Shown in pieces: positions 1 to 10,358 of a stretch of 64,000 nucleotides of DNA. This DNA is from Candidatus Eiseniibacteriota bacterium (GTDB taxonomy: Bacteria; Eisenbacteria; RBG-16-71-46). The notes beneath the pieces were generated by a model that made no database searches, was not told where the DNA came from, and saw only the letters and a list, made by a program, of their open reading frames with translations. The DNA lies in NCBI GenBank assembly GCA_963717505.1, contig OY970342.1, positions 2,144,001-2,208,000 on the forward strand, given 5' to 3'. Both the position numbers and the translations under genes were made by a program. Every line of letters begins with the position of its first letter. Within the stretch, counting starts at the first letter, position 1.

Positions 1-247
1 CCGCGCTCAGACGTCGCTCGGTTTCATGCTCACCCAGGGCGGGCGGACCGACCTCACGGTGTTCGACGCTCAGGGTCGTCGCGTGCGCACGCTCTTCTCG
101 GGCGACCACCCGGCCGGCCGCGGGTCGGCAACATGGGACGGAAGACGCGAGGACGGGACCCCCGCGATGGCAGGGGTCTATTTCGCGCGGTTGTCGGGGC
201 CGGATGCCGTGTCGCCGGTGACGCGGCGGGTGGTGCTCGCGCGCTGA
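1..247 (+). CDS. 3' end of a secreted protein with FlgD-Ig-like C-terminal domain (partial)
   Basis: Translation VFDAQGRRVRTL...WDGR...GVYFARL matches the FlgD_ig/T9SS-like CTD pattern. The gene runs off the window start. Confidence 0.8.
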   Translation, partial: RAQTSLGFMLTQGGRTDLTVFDAQGRRVRTLFSGDHPAGRGSATWDGRREDGTPAMAGVYFARLSGPDAVSPVTRRVVLAR

Positions 248-272
248 GCGCCAGCCGACCACCTGCGTCGCG

Positions 273-1091
273 CTACTTCACGACCACGACGACCTGAGCC
301 AGCATCCCGGCGTCCACCGGGCCGCGGCCGAACCGCTTTGCGATCGTTTCCGCCGCGACGTCCGTCGCCGCACCCAACAACGCGGGATTGAGCGCCTCGA
401 TCTCGTTGCGTAGAGGCGTTCCCAGGCAGTACGCGATGGCGGGGTCGCGGGGCGTTGTCGCCCGACTGCGCGCCGCCACCGAGGTGATCTCGGGCGATCG
501 GGAGAACCCGCCGGACACGAGATCCCGCGCCAGGATCGCCGGGTCGCTGTAGCCGTGGGGCGTGCGTGCCAGGAACCGGGGCGGATCCTGGGGGAACACG
601 GACTCGAGCGAGGTCGTTACGACGTCGGCGAACTCGTTGTCTTCGATGCGGTCCCAGACACTGAAGATGAACGTGCCGCCCGGCTTCAGTACTCGATGCG
701 CTTCCGCAAACGCCTTCGGCTTGTCGGGGAAGAACATGACTCCGAATTGGCACGCGACCGCGTCGAACGTTTCGTCGCTAAAAGGTAGCTGCATCGCGTC
801 CGCCTGACGCCATTCCACCGGACGCTTCGTCCCGCGCGCCGACGCCTGATCCAGCATCGGCTGATTCAGGTCCGTGGCGACGATGGCGACACCCTCGGGC
901 AGTATCGCGGACAGCGCGCGAGTCAGGACCCCGGTGCCCGCCGCGATCTCGAGGATGTTACGCAGTGGCCGCGAAGCCAGTCGGTTTGCCAGGTCGATGG
1001 CGTAGGACTCGAAGATCAACGGAACCAGATACTTTTCGTAGATGTCGGGGACCGAGCCAATGAACGCGCTGTCGACCTCGGACTTGCTCAC
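273..1091 (-). CDS. Class I SAM-dependent methyltransferase (UbiE-like)
   Basis: Motifs LEIAAGTG, ATDLN, ADAMQLPF..ETFDAV and RVLKPGG. Confidence 0.9.
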   Translation of the reverse strand: MSKSEVDSAFIGSVPDIYEKYLVPLIFESYAIDLANRLASRPLRNILEIAAGTGVLTRALSAILPEGVAIVATDLNQPMLDQASARGTKRPVEWRQADAMQLPFSDETFDAVACQFGVMFFPDKPKAFAEAHRVLKPGGTFIFSVWDRIEDNEFADVVTTSLESVFPQDPPRFLARTPHGYSDPAILARDLVSGGFSRSPEITSVAARSRATTPRDPAIAYCLGTPLRNEIEALNPALLGAATDVAAETIAKRFGRGPVDAGMLAQVVVVVK

Positions 1092-1104
1092 GATTCGCCT
1101 CGAA

Positions 1105-2589
1105 CTAGCGCAGGAAGACCAGCTTGTGCGTGAGGGTTCTACCCGCGAACCGAAGTCGCGCGTAGTAGACGCCGGCGTCGAGCCTGCGTCCGGCCTGGTC
1201 CCGGCCGCGCCACGAGACCTGATGCCAGCCCGGCTGCTGAACGCCTTCCGCCAGTCGCACCACGCGATGGCCTGAGACGTCGAAGATGTCGAGTTCGGCC
1301 GGCGCGCTCTGCTCGAGATAGAAGCTCAGGTTCGTCACGCCCGAAAACGGGCTCGGCGTCGGGGCGGAGAAGCGCACCATTCCCGCCGGTTCGTCGACGG
1401 CGACCGGCGTGCCGAAACAGGTGCGGCTCGCGGCGAAGCTCGTGATCGCCTCGATGCCCATGGGTTCGAAGTTCGGCAGGCCCATTCCGTCGCACCCGCT
1501 GTCATTCGAGCACATGATGTTGCACGGCGACACGGCGTCGCAATGATTGGCGTTCCAGTTGTGTCCCAGCTCGTGGGCGGTGAGCGCGACCCGGCGGCCA
1601 TTGTTCGTCGTGAACTTGCTCTGCGACAGACCGTAGGCCCGCGACCGATTGCAGACCGCTCCCAGCGCGGCGATTCCGATGGTTCCGCCGTCGAGGTTCT
1701 TTCCGGTCATCAGGTGGGCGACATCGCGCGGCGCCGCGGTCTGCGCCGAATTCCAATGGTCCCGGAACTGGTTCAGCAAGGCGCCGGCATCGGTGGTCGT
1801 GTACGGATCGGCGGCGGTCGTGCGAATGAGGACCAGGGTGAGGTGGTGCGTGATCCCGCAGTCGCGCTCGTAGACGGTGTTCACCTGGCTCATGATGTTC
1901 TGGATGTCGTTGACCGTGTTGCTGTAGTTGCCGCCGTTCTGGGTGAAGTACTCGAAGTCGGCGTCGAACGCCAGCTCGGCGGTGAGCAGTCCCGCGACTC
2001 GGGGGCCGACCTCGGAATCGAGACCGGGTGGGACGATCACTTGAGGTTCATTGGCGGCGCATGTGCCTTGCCCGCCGATCACGTCCGCCGCGTCGTAGAC
2101 CACGTGCTGATCGACGTCCGACTCGGGATCGAGTTCGTTCAGTGGCTGAACGAAGAACAGTCGGCCGTCCCCGAGCGCGATCGTCGCCCTCAGCCTTCCG
2201 TCCTGGATCGTGCCCCCGACGACCGAGCCGGGAATCTCGGGCACCGTGCCGCGATAGGTGGTCGGCTCGGGTGCGGGCACCTCGCGCACACCGTCCGCGG
2301 TTTCGACCAACACACGGAAGCCGGGTGCCCGCAGGTTGGATCGTTCCAGCTCGAGCGTCAGGCGCTGGCCGTTAACCTCGATCGTGAGGGTCGGGGCCTG
2401 CGTTTCGAAGCGAAGCGACTGGACGCTCATCCGCGTCACGCCGAGACGCTGCTGCACGGCCGCCATCTCCACGGTCCGCGCCAGCGCGGCTGGGGCGGCG
2501 AGCGCGAGCAGCGCCCCGGCCGCAAGGGCGATCGAGGTGGGGGCCTTCAGACGAACGGAACGACCGAGGGCGAGCGTGATGGGCTCCAT
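1105..2589 (-). CDS. Secreted M12 (reprolysin-like) zinc metallopeptidase with C-terminal FlgD-Ig-like domain
   Basis: Signal peptide, propeptide, HELGHNWNANH zinc motif, Met-turn (NIMC) and FlgD-like tail. Start set at ATG 2589, just downstream of the permease stop. Confidence 0.85.
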   Translation of the reverse strand: MEPITLALGRSVRLKAPTSIALAAGALLALAAPAALARTVEMAAVQQRLGVTRMSVQSLRFETQAPTLTIEVNGQRLTLELERSNLRAPGFRVLVETADGVREVPAPEPTTYRGTVPEIPGSVVGGTIQDGRLRATIALGDGRLFFVQPLNELDPESDVDQHVVYDAADVIGGQGTCAANEPQVIVPPGLDSEVGPRVAGLLTAELAFDADFEYFTQNGGNYSNTVNDIQNIMSQVNTVYERDCGITHHLTLVLIRTTAADPYTTTDAGALLNQFRDHWNSAQTAAPRDVAHLMTGKNLDGGTIGIAALGAVCNRSRAYGLSQSKFTTNNGRRVALTAHELGHNWNANHCDAVSPCNIMCSNDSGCDGMGLPNFEPMGIEAITSFAASRTCFGTPVAVDEPAGMVRFSAPTPSPFSGVTNLSFYLEQSAPAELDIFDVSGHRVVRLAEGVQQPGWHQVSWRGRDQAGRRLDAGVYYARLRFAGRTLTHKLVFLR

Positions 2590-2596
2590 GGCCCGA

Positions 2597-5302
2597 CTAT
2601 TCGTAGCGCAATGCCTCGGTCGGGGCAATACGAGACGCCTTGAACGCCGGGATGTACGCGGCCACCAGGGTCGCCAGGAACATCGACGGAACCACAACGA
2701 AGTAGGCCAGGAGGTCCACGCCGCCGGCATTGAACAACATGGAATTCATGAGCTGCTCGACCGCGAAGCCCATCGCCAGTCCGACCACGGTTCCGGCGCC
2801 CACCAGCACCAGGCCCTTGCCCATCACCATGCGCAGCACGTCGAACGGCCTCGCGCCAATCGCCATGCGAATGCCGATCTCCCGGGTCCGGCGGCTGACG
2901 TTGTACGCCACCAGCCCGTACAAGCCGGCGATCGCCAGCAGGAGCGCCATCGCGCCCATCGTGCCCACCAGCTTGATCGCCATCGCGGGTCCTTCCACCG
3001 CCGAGTAGCTGTACAAGTCGCGGTACGATCGGGTCTCGACGATCGGCATGTTCGAATCGAGGCCGCGAACCACTTCCTTCAGAGGTTCCACCAGTTGCAG
3101 GGGATCGCGATCCGATCGCAGCAGCAGGACCATTCGGACCTGCGGGCGTTGGGCCAGCGGCACATAGACGAAGTCCCTCGGCCGCTCGCCGGTGTCCGTG
3201 TAGGTGATGGTCTGGGCGACCCCAACGACCTCGACCGGCGTTCCCGCGCGGCCATCGAGCCAGAGGCGCTTGCCCACCGCATCGGCGTCCGGCCAGTAGT
3301 GATTCGCGAACTGCTGGTTGACGACCACGACGCCGGGGGTGTCGCGCGTGTCGGACGCCAGGATTCCGCGGCCGCGCAGGATCGGGACACCCATGGTCTC
3401 GAAGTAGTCTTCACCGATTGTGTCCATGGTCGACGTGAACGCCTCGCGATCGGGCGGCATGTCGACGCCGTCCGGCACGAATGCGACTGTGCCGAACCCG
3501 TCGAGCCCGAGCGGCGGTTCCTGGGTGAGTGCCGCGCTCTGCACGCCGGGCACGGCTCGCACCCGCTCGACCAGTTGCTGGTAGAACCGCTCGGTCCGCG
3601 CCGCGTCGTACTGGATGAGGCGCGGATCGAATCTCGCGATCAACACACGATCCTGCGCGATGCGCGCGAATTCGGAGGTTTCACCCAGGGTCTGCCGGAA
3701 TCCCCGGAGCATCAGGAACGACGCGGTGAGCAGCGTCAGCGACATGGCGACCTGCGCCATGACCAGAAGGTTTCGCCCCCACAAGCGCTTTCGACCCGGC
3801 GCATCGACGTCGGCGGTCTTGAGTCCGGTCACCAGATCGTCGTGAGTGCTCTGGAAGGCGGGCGCCAGACCGCACAGGATCGCGCTCAGGCCCGACAGCA
3901 CGAGACTGGCCAGCAGAACGCGGCCGTCGATCTGAAACGGAATGGTGATCGGCAGCGAGGTGGGGATGCGGAACGTCTTGAACAGCTCGACGGTGATGTA
4001 CGCGACGACGACGCCGGCCAATCCGCCCAGGAACGCGAGGATCAGGCTCTCGGTCAGGAGCATCCGGATCACGCGGAACCGCCCGGCCCCCAGCGCCAAG
4101 CGGACGGCGATCTCACGGGTGCGCGTGCCGGCGCGGGCCAGGAGCAGCCCCGCCACGTTGGTGCACGCGACCAACAGCACGCCCAGCCCGAGGAGGGTGA
4201 AGATGACACCGAACTTCCACTCGGTCTGGTCGGGGCGCGTGCGCATTTCGAGCCGGGTGCGCACCGCTGCGCCGCGGTTGCGATTGAATTGCGGGTATTC
4301 GTGCGCGAGGTCCTGCGCGATCACCGCGAGTTCCTCCTGCGCCTGCTCGCGGGTGACGCCCGGCTTCAGGCGCGCCTTCAGGTTCAGCTCGCGATCATCC
4401 CGGTCCTCGAAGAAGTTCTTGGTCGGGTGGGTCGGAAACAGTGGCGCCATCGCGAGCGGGACGTAGAACTCGGGACGCGAGAAGATGTACATGCCCGGAA
4501 ACGACTCGGGCGCGACGCCGATCACCGTGAAATCCCTGCCGTTCAGGCGAATCGTGCTGCCCACCACCGATACGTCGCTCGCGAATTCCTGCTTCCAGCA
4601 GTCCCGCCCGATCACCACCACCGCGTCGCGGCCGGGCACCTGGTCTTCGTCCTCGCGAAACGCGCGCCCGAGCTGCGGCGTCACCCGCAACGCGCTGAAG
4701 TAGTTGCCCGAGACCATGATCGCGCTCTTGACCCGCGGAGTGGTCTCGGCAGTGACGCTGAAGCCGACCGGCCCGACGTCGGCGTTCGCGATCACGCCGT
4801 CGTAGCTCTTGGCGTGCTCGCGGATGTCCCGGTACTCGCGATACGAGAAGTTCTCGAAGCTGCGATCGCTCGAAGTACTCACCAGATTGACCACGCGATC
4901 CCCATCGGGCACCGGATAGGGCCTGAAGGTGATCGAATCGAGCATGCTGAAGGGCGCCGAGGTCATCCCGATCCCGAGCGCCAACGTGAACACCACGAGC
5001 CAGGCGATCCCCGGCGTGCGGCGCAGGCCACGGATCGCGTAGCGCACGTCGTCGACGAAGTCGGTCCACCAGTTGACGCCGCGCAGGTCGCGCATCTCCT
5101 CTTTCTTCTGCTCGATCCCGTCCATCGCCCGCAGTGCCGCGAGCCGCGCTTCGTCGGGGGAGAGACCGCTGGCGATGCCTTCCTCGATCTTGAATTCCAG
5201 GTGGAGCTTCAGCTCGTCATCGAGCTCCCGCTCCATCTGGCCGCGCCGCAGGAGGGATTTCAGCCTGAGGGGCAGCGCGAACCACCAGTGTTCGATCCGC
5301 AT
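2597..5302 (-). CDS. ADOP-family duplicated ABC permease (MacB/FtsX x2) with permease prefix domain
   Basis: ERELDDELKLHLE prefix, two RTREI(A/G)xRxAxGA FtsX motifs and multiple TM segments. Confidence 0.92.
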   Translation of the reverse strand: MRIEHWWFALPLRLKSLLRRGQMERELDDELKLHLEFKIEEGIASGLSPDEARLAALRAMDGIEQKKEEMRDLRGVNWWTDFVDDVRYAIRGLRRTPGIAWLVVFTLALGIGMTSAPFSMLDSITFRPYPVPDGDRVVNLVSTSSDRSFENFSYREYRDIREHAKSYDGVIANADVGPVGFSVTAETTPRVKSAIMVSGNYFSALRVTPQLGRAFREDEDQVPGRDAVVVIGRDCWKQEFASDVSVVGSTIRLNGRDFTVIGVAPESFPGMYIFSRPEFYVPLAMAPLFPTHPTKNFFEDRDDRELNLKARLKPGVTREQAQEELAVIAQDLAHEYPQFNRNRGAAVRTRLEMRTRPDQTEWKFGVIFTLLGLGVLLVACTNVAGLLLARAGTRTREIAVRLALGAGRFRVIRMLLTESLILAFLGGLAGVVVAYITVELFKTFRIPTSLPITIPFQIDGRVLLASLVLSGLSAILCGLAPAFQSTHDDLVTGLKTADVDAPGRKRLWGRNLLVMAQVAMSLTLLTASFLMLRGFRQTLGETSEFARIAQDRVLIARFDPRLIQYDAARTERFYQQLVERVRAVPGVQSAALTQEPPLGLDGFGTVAFVPDGVDMPPDREAFTSTMDTIGEDYFETMGVPILRGRGILASDTRDTPGVVVVNQQFANHYWPDADAVGKRLWLDGRAGTPVEVVGVAQTITYTDTGERPRDFVYVPLAQRPQVRMVLLLRSDRDPLQLVEPLKEVVRGLDSNMPIVETRSYRDLYSYSAVEGPAMAIKLVGTMGAMALLLAIAGLYGLVAYNVSRRTREIGIRMAIGARPFDVLRMVMGKGLVLVGAGTVVGLAMGFAVEQLMNSMLFNAGGVDLLAYFVVVPSMFLATLVAAYIPAFKASRIAPTEALRYE

Positions 5303-5308
5303 CGGTCT

Positions 5309-5644
5309 CTAGGCCTCCGAAAGCCCGATGACCCGGGTGATCGCCGACGACAGCAGCTGCCAGCTCGCCGACTCGGATTCGAGCTGCTTTCGGCCGAGTC
5401 GGGTGAGCGAATAGAACTTCGCGCGCCGGTTGTTCTCGGTCTGCTTCCATTCGGCAGTGATCCAGCCCTCCTGCTCGAGCTTGTGCAGGGCGGGGTAGAG
5501 GGAGCCTTCGCTCACCTGCAGCACATCGCCCGAGATGGTCTTCAGGCGACGACTGATCGCCCAGCCGTGCAAGGGCTGTAGAGCCAGGATCTTGAGCAGC
5601 AGCAGATCCAAGGTGCCTTGGACGAGGTCGCTGGGCTTGCTCAT
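5309..5644 (-). CDS. PadR family transcriptional regulator (Acidobacterial type)
   Basis: QGTLDLLLLK...GSLYPALHKLEQEGWI...RRAKFYSLT. Lies directly upstream of the ADOP permease, the typical pairing. Confidence 0.93.
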   Translation of the reverse strand: MSKPSDLVQGTLDLLLLKILALQPLHGWAISRRLKTISGDVLQVSEGSLYPALHKLEQEGWITAEWKQTENNRRAKFYSLTRLGRKQLESESASWQLLSSAITRVIGLSEA

Positions 5645-5664
5645 ATCGGTATCCTAGGGGAGTC

Positions 5665-5685
5665 TCCCCTCGGTAAGCAAGGGGA
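5665..5685. promoter_or_regulatory. Inverted repeat upstream of padR, candidate autoregulatory operator
   Basis: TCCCCT-N9-AGGGGA about 20 bp upstream of the padR start. Confidence 0.45.
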
Positions 5686-5768
5686 AAGTTCCTGGGCTCT
5701 GCAACTCCCGGCTCGGCCCCTACGTTCTATACCCGGAGCTTTGCGATGAGGCGGCCAATGCAGGCAGC

Positions 5769-6998
5769 ATGTTGTCCCCCAAGGAGGTGTCCGTGAACGC
5801 ATCGAACGCAGTCCCGGTGCTGGTTCTGGGACTTGCCCTGGCCAGTCCCGCCACCGCTTCGGACGTGGGCTACATCTACGGGCGGATCCAGACGGACGGC
5901 GGAGAGGTCTACGAGGGGCAGATCCGCTGGGGCACCGAGGAGTCGTTCTGGGACGACATCTTCAACGCCACCAAGGCCGAGAACGAGAACCTTGCCGACG
6001 TCGATCCCAAGGTGCTGGAGCGCGTGCGCGCCCGAAACTGGAGCGGGTGGGACTTCGTCGGGATGGTGAATCCGGACCTCACGCACCTGTTCGCCATCCG
6101 GTTCGGTGACCTGAAGCGCATCGAGGTTCGCGACGAGGACGATCTGGTCGCGGAGTTTCGTAACGGCGAGAAGCTGAAGCTGGAGGGCGGGTCGAACGAC
6201 GTCGGTGCGCGGATCACGGTGCACGACACGAAGGTCGGCACCCGCGAGGTCCGCTGGAGCCGGATTCGCACGGTCGAGTTCAAGGACACACCCACCAAGC
6301 TGGTAAACAAGGACGGCGAGCCCATCTACGGGACCGTCAAGTCCGGACGCTACGATTTCACCGGGCGGATCCAGTGGGATCACGATGAGTGCCTGACCAT
6401 CGACGAGCTCGATGGCGAAACCGAGGACGGCGATGTCTCGCTCGAGTTCGGCGAGATCACGGCGATTCGCAAGCACCGAAGCGGTGCCATGGTAACGCTC
6501 AAGTCCGGATCGAATCTGTACGTCAAGGGCACCAACGACGTGAACAGCGCCAATCGGGGCGTGGTGGTCATCGTGCCGAAAGTCGGATCGGTGAAGATCG
6601 GCTGGGACGATTTCGACGAAGTCAGGTTCAGTCCGGCCCCGACCTCGGGTCGCGCGTATTCCGAATACGCCAAGGCGGTTCCTCTCCAGGGAACCGTGGT
6701 CACCCGCGACGGGCGTCACGAAGGCCGAATCGTGTTCGACCTCGACGAGTCCCGTGATTTCGAGATGCTCCATGGCAGGAACGGCGACACCGAGTACATC
6801 ATTCCGTTCCGCGACATCGCGAGCATCAAGCCGGAAGGCCGACTGCGCTCCCTGGTCGAGTTGCGCATCGGTCTGACCATCGAGCTGGAAGAGAGCCAGG
6901 ACGTCACGCGCCGGAACGACGGCCTGCTGGTCTACGGCGCCAGCGGAGAGCCGCAGTACATCGACTGGCGGAACGTCACCGAGGTCGTGTTCCGCTGA
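5769..6998 (+). CDS. Secreted hypothetical protein with three internal beta-rich repeats
   Basis: Signal peptide (ALASPATA), repeated G(R/T)(I/V)..G.I.(W/F) and F.(D/E)(L/I)..I units, coding-like codon use. Confidence 0.75.
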   Translation: MLSPKEVSVNASNAVPVLVLGLALASPATASDVGYIYGRIQTDGGEVYEGQIRWGTEESFWDDIFNATKAENENLADVDPKVLERVRARNWSGWDFVGMVNPDLTHLFAIRFGDLKRIEVRDEDDLVAEFRNGEKLKLEGGSNDVGARITVHDTKVGTREVRWSRIRTVEFKDTPTKLVNKDGEPIYGTVKSGRYDFTGRIQWDHDECLTIDELDGETEDGDVSLEFGEITAIRKHRSGAMVTLKSGSNLYVKGTNDVNSANRGVVVIVPKVGSVKIGWDDFDEVRFSPAPTSGRAYSEYAKAVPLQGTVVTRDGRHEGRIVFDLDESRDFEMLHGRNGDTEYIIPFRDIASIKPEGRLRSLVELRIGLTIELEESQDVTRRNDGLLVYGASGEPQYIDWRNVTEVVFR

Positions 6999-7107
6999 AC
7001 TAGACCGCATGCGGCGAAGCATCCGGCCCTGGAGTACGGGCCGCATTTCCAAAAAAATGGCCCTGACCTTGCCGTTGGACCGGACCCCAGTGTTTACTGA
7101 GAGTCTC

Positions 7108-8832
7108 GTGCGACGCGCAATTGGAATCATGGCGCTGACGCTGGCGGTCGTTCTCCTGCCCGGCTGCGCGCGGAGGAACTCGGAGGTCTCGGCCGAGTTT
7201 CGCGCGCTGGCCGAGCGCTACTACCAGGCTCGATTCGACTTCGGTCCGAGCGATGCGACCTCGATTGGCGTTCACGATCGCGACGGCAAGCTCGAGGATT
7301 TCTCGGAGTCGATGCAGCAGCTCGAGCGCGCGTCGCTGAGGGCCTTCCTCGACACCCTGACCACGAAGATCGATTCCACGGCGCTGCCGCTCGACGATCA
7401 GGTCGACTACACCATGCTCGGGCGCGACGCACGACAGCGGCTCTTCCAAATGGACGAGACCCGGATCTTCGAGCGCAGCCCGGACCTCTATCACTCCACG
7501 GCGAGCAATGCGGTCTACACGCTCTTGCTCCGCGACTTCGCGCCGCTCGAGGAGCGGCTGGCGCACATTGCGGATCGCGAAGAGAAGATCCCCGCGCTGC
7601 TCGAGCAGGCCAAGGCGAATCTCGAGAATCCACCGAAAGTCTGGACGGAAGTCGCGATCGCACAGGCCCAGGGGACGGTGCAGTTCTTTTCGACAGTGGT
7701 GCCGGAGGCCGCGAAGAAGTGCAAGGACGCAACGCTGCGCGACCGCCTGAACCGGGCCAACCAGGGCGCGATCGAGGCCGCCAAGGACTACATCCACTTC
7801 CTCGAGAAGGATCTCCTGCCGCGCTCCAACGGCAGCTTCGCCCTGGGCCGCGAGAAGTTCATGCAGCGTTGCCGCGAGGAGGAGGGGATCACCGAGACTC
7901 CCGAGGCGCTGCTGGCGAAGGGACTGGCGGCGATCGCCGAGAACCATCGACAGATGGCGGAGGTGGTGCGCCAGATCGACTCGACCGCGACGTTGGAGCA
8001 GGTCCTGGCCAGGACCTCGGCCCGTCATCCGAGCCCGGCGGGATTGTTGGATTCATGCCGGGCCGCGCTCGGCGGCCTGCGACAGTTCGTCGTCGACCGG
8101 GGCATCGTTCCGTTGCCCGGGGGCGAGGATCTGCGCGTGGCCGAGACGCCGTTGTTCGCACGCAGCCTCATCGTGGCGGCCATGGATTCTCCAGGGCCGC
8201 TCGAGACCAAGGCCAACGAAGCTTACTACTACGTCACGCCGCCCGATCCGAAGTGGTCGGCCGCGCAGAGCGAGGAATACCTGCGCTCGTTCTGCTACGG
8301 CTACATCTACACGACCTCATCGCACGAGGCCTATCCCGGCCACTACGTGCAGGGCCTCTATCAGCGTGAGGCGCCCTCTCTGGTGCGGAAACTGGGCCGC
8401 TCCTACGCCTACAGTGAAGGCTGGGCGCACTACTGCGAGCAGATGTTGCTCGACGAGGGCTTCTCCAGCGATCCGGAGCTGCGCCTGTATCAACTCAACG
8501 ACGCTCTGCTGCGGCTATGCCGGCTCGTAGCCACGATCCGGATGCACACCCTGGGATGGACCGTCGAGCAGACGGCCGAGTTCTTGGTCCAGGAGGGTTA
8601 TCAGCCGCGCCCCACGGCGATGATCGAGGCGAGGCGCTACACGAGCGATCCTCTGGTCCTGTCGTACACCTGGGGGAAGTGGCGAATCCTCGAGTTGCGC
8701 GAGGAGATGAAGCGGCGCATGGGATCGGACTATTCGATCGGCGAGTTTCACAAACGATTCCTGGCGCTTGGCAACGTGACGATCCCCGAAGCCGAGCGAA
8801 TCCTTCTCCTGCAAGCAACGCCGCGGCGATGA
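7108..8832 (+). CDS. DUF885 family lipoprotein
   Basis: Lipobox LPGC, HEAYPGHY and EGWAHYCE motifs typical of DUF885. Start uncertain (GTG 7108 or ATG 7129). Confidence 0.88.
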   Translation: MRRAIGIMALTLAVVLLPGCARRNSEVSAEFRALAERYYQARFDFGPSDATSIGVHDRDGKLEDFSESMQQLERASLRAFLDTLTTKIDSTALPLDDQVDYTMLGRDARQRLFQMDETRIFERSPDLYHSTASNAVYTLLLRDFAPLEERLAHIADREEKIPALLEQAKANLENPPKVWTEVAIAQAQGTVQFFSTVVPEAAKKCKDATLRDRLNRANQGAIEAAKDYIHFLEKDLLPRSNGSFALGREKFMQRCREEEGITETPEALLAKGLAAIAENHRQMAEVVRQIDSTATLEQVLARTSARHPSPAGLLDSCRAALGGLRQFVVDRGIVPLPGGEDLRVAETPLFARSLIVAAMDSPGPLETKANEAYYYVTPPDPKWSAAQSEEYLRSFCYGYIYTTSSHEAYPGHYVQGLYQREAPSLVRKLGRSYAYSEGWAHYCEQMLLDEGFSSDPELRLYQLNDALLRLCRLVATIRMHTLGWTVEQTAEFLVQEGYQPRPTAMIEARRYTSDPLVLSYTWGKWRILELREEMKRRMGSDYSIGEFHKRFLALGNVTIPEAERILLLQATPRR

Positions 8833-10358
8833 TCGCGGTTCTGCTCGCTGCGGGGCTGGCGGTGTGGCCGCTAGCCGCCAGGGGTGATGCCGAGCTGATC
8901 CAGCAGGTCGACGCGTACCGGCAAGCGCACGAAAAGGCGATCGTGGGTGCGCTCGATACGCTCACCCGGCTAAGAAGTGTCGCGGCCGACACGGCCGGCA
9001 TTGCCGCCGCCGCCTCTCATCTCGAAGATCTCCTGAAGGCGCGCGGCTTCGAGACCGCGCAGCTCAGTGTGCCGGGCTCGACGCCCGTCGTGTACGGCTC
9101 GCTCGCGGTCAAGGGTGCCAAGCGAACCGTCGTCTACTACGCGCACTACGACGGTCAGCCGGTGACGCCCTCGGAATGGAAGTCCGACCCATTCGTTCCG
9201 GTCATGCGCTCGGGCCTGCTCGGTTCCGGGGAACGGTCGATCGACTGGAGGAACGCGCAATCGCTCGATCCCGAATGGCGGTTGTTCGGGCGTGCGGTCG
9301 CCGACGACAAGACGTCGATCATCGCCTTCCTGGTCGCATTCGATGCGCTCAAAGCCGCGGGGCGCACGCCGTCGGCCAACATCAAGGTCTTCTGGGAGGG
9401 CGAGGAGGAAGCCGGCTCGCCTCACCTACCTGCCATTCTCCGGAGCAACGCCGCCCGCCTGAAGAGCGATCTGTGGATCATCGGAGACGGTCCGGTTCAT
9501 CAGTCGCGGCGGCGGATGATCTCGTTCGGCGCGCGCGGCGTGGTCGGCTTGGAGGCCACGGTCTACGGGCCGCGGCGCTCGGTCCACGATGGGCACTACG
9601 GCAATTGGGTCCCCAATCCGGCGGCCATGGCGGCCGAGCTGATTGCCGCGATGCGCTCGCCCGATGGCCAAGTTCGCATCCCCGGTTTCCTGGACGACGT
9701 CCGTCCGCTGACCGTGGCCGAGAGCGAAGCGGTCGCGTCGCTGCCGCCGGTGGAAGAGTCTCTGCGGCGCGAACTCGGGATCGCACGGGGCGAAAGTGAC
9801 GACGGGCTGACCGCGAGCATTCTTCGCCCGGCGGTCAACGTCCGCGGAATCCGCTCGGGGCAGGTCGGCGCTCAGGCGGTCAACGCCATTCCGACCGACG
9901 CCACGGTGTCGATCGACTTCCGGCTGGTGCCCAATCAGACGCCCGCCCGCGTTCGCCAGACCGTCGAATCGCACCTGAGAGCGCAGGGATGGACGATCGT
10001 CGCACAAGCTCCCGACTCGGCGGCGCGCCTGGCCCACCCTCGCATCGTGAAGCTCGAGTGGGAGGGCGGATACCCCGCGTTCCGCAGCGACATGAGCACG
10101 CCGGCCGCGCGCGCGGTCCTGGCCGCGGCCCAGGCGGCCGCGGGTGGACCGACCCAAGGACCCATCGCCGTGATGCCGATGATGGGCGGCAGTGTCCCGA
10201 TCTACATGTTCGACGAGGTGTTCAAGGTGCCGGTCATCGGGCTTCCGGTGGTCAACCACGACAACAGCCAGCACGCGGCCAACGAGAACATCCGGCTGCA
10301 GAATCTGTGGGACGCCGTTACGACTTATGCGGCCATGATGGCCATGCTGGATTGGTAA
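8829..10358 (+). CDS. M20/M25/M40 family metallohydrolase (secreted)
   Basis: YAHYDGQP, GRAVADDK, EGEEEAGS and QHAANEN motifs. ATGA overlap with the DUF885 stop. Confidence 0.92.
   Translation: MIAVLLAAGLAVWPLAARGDAELIQQVDAYRQAHEKAIVGALDTLTRLRSVAADTAGIAAAASHLEDLLKARGFETAQLSVPGSTPVVYGSLAVKGAKRTVVYYAHYDGQPVTPSEWKSDPFVPVMRSGLLGSGERSIDWRNAQSLDPEWRLFGRAVADDKTSIIAFLVAFDALKAAGRTPSANIKVFWEGEEEAGSPHLPAILRSNAARLKSDLWIIGDGPVHQSRRRMISFGARGVVGLEATVYGPRRSVHDGHYGNWVPNPAAMAAELIAAMRSPDGQVRIPGFLDDVRPLTVAESEAVASLPPVEESLRRELGIARGESDDGLTASILRPAVNVRGIRSGQVGAQAVNAIPTDATVSIDFRLVPNQTPARVRQTVESHLRAQGWTIVAQAPDSAARLAHPRIVKLEWEGGYPAFRSDMSTPAARAVLAAAQAAAGGPTQGPIAVMPMMGGSVPIYMFDEVFKVPVIGLPVVNHDNSQHAANENIRLQNLWDAVTTYAAMMAMLDW

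Noticed and set aside
2258-5581. 1107-aa plus-strand ORF and similar long ORFs (e.g. most of 10359-12677, 33902-35434, 37610-39094)
   Set aside because: Antisense shadows of well-supported genes in high-GC DNA, with no recognisable motifs.
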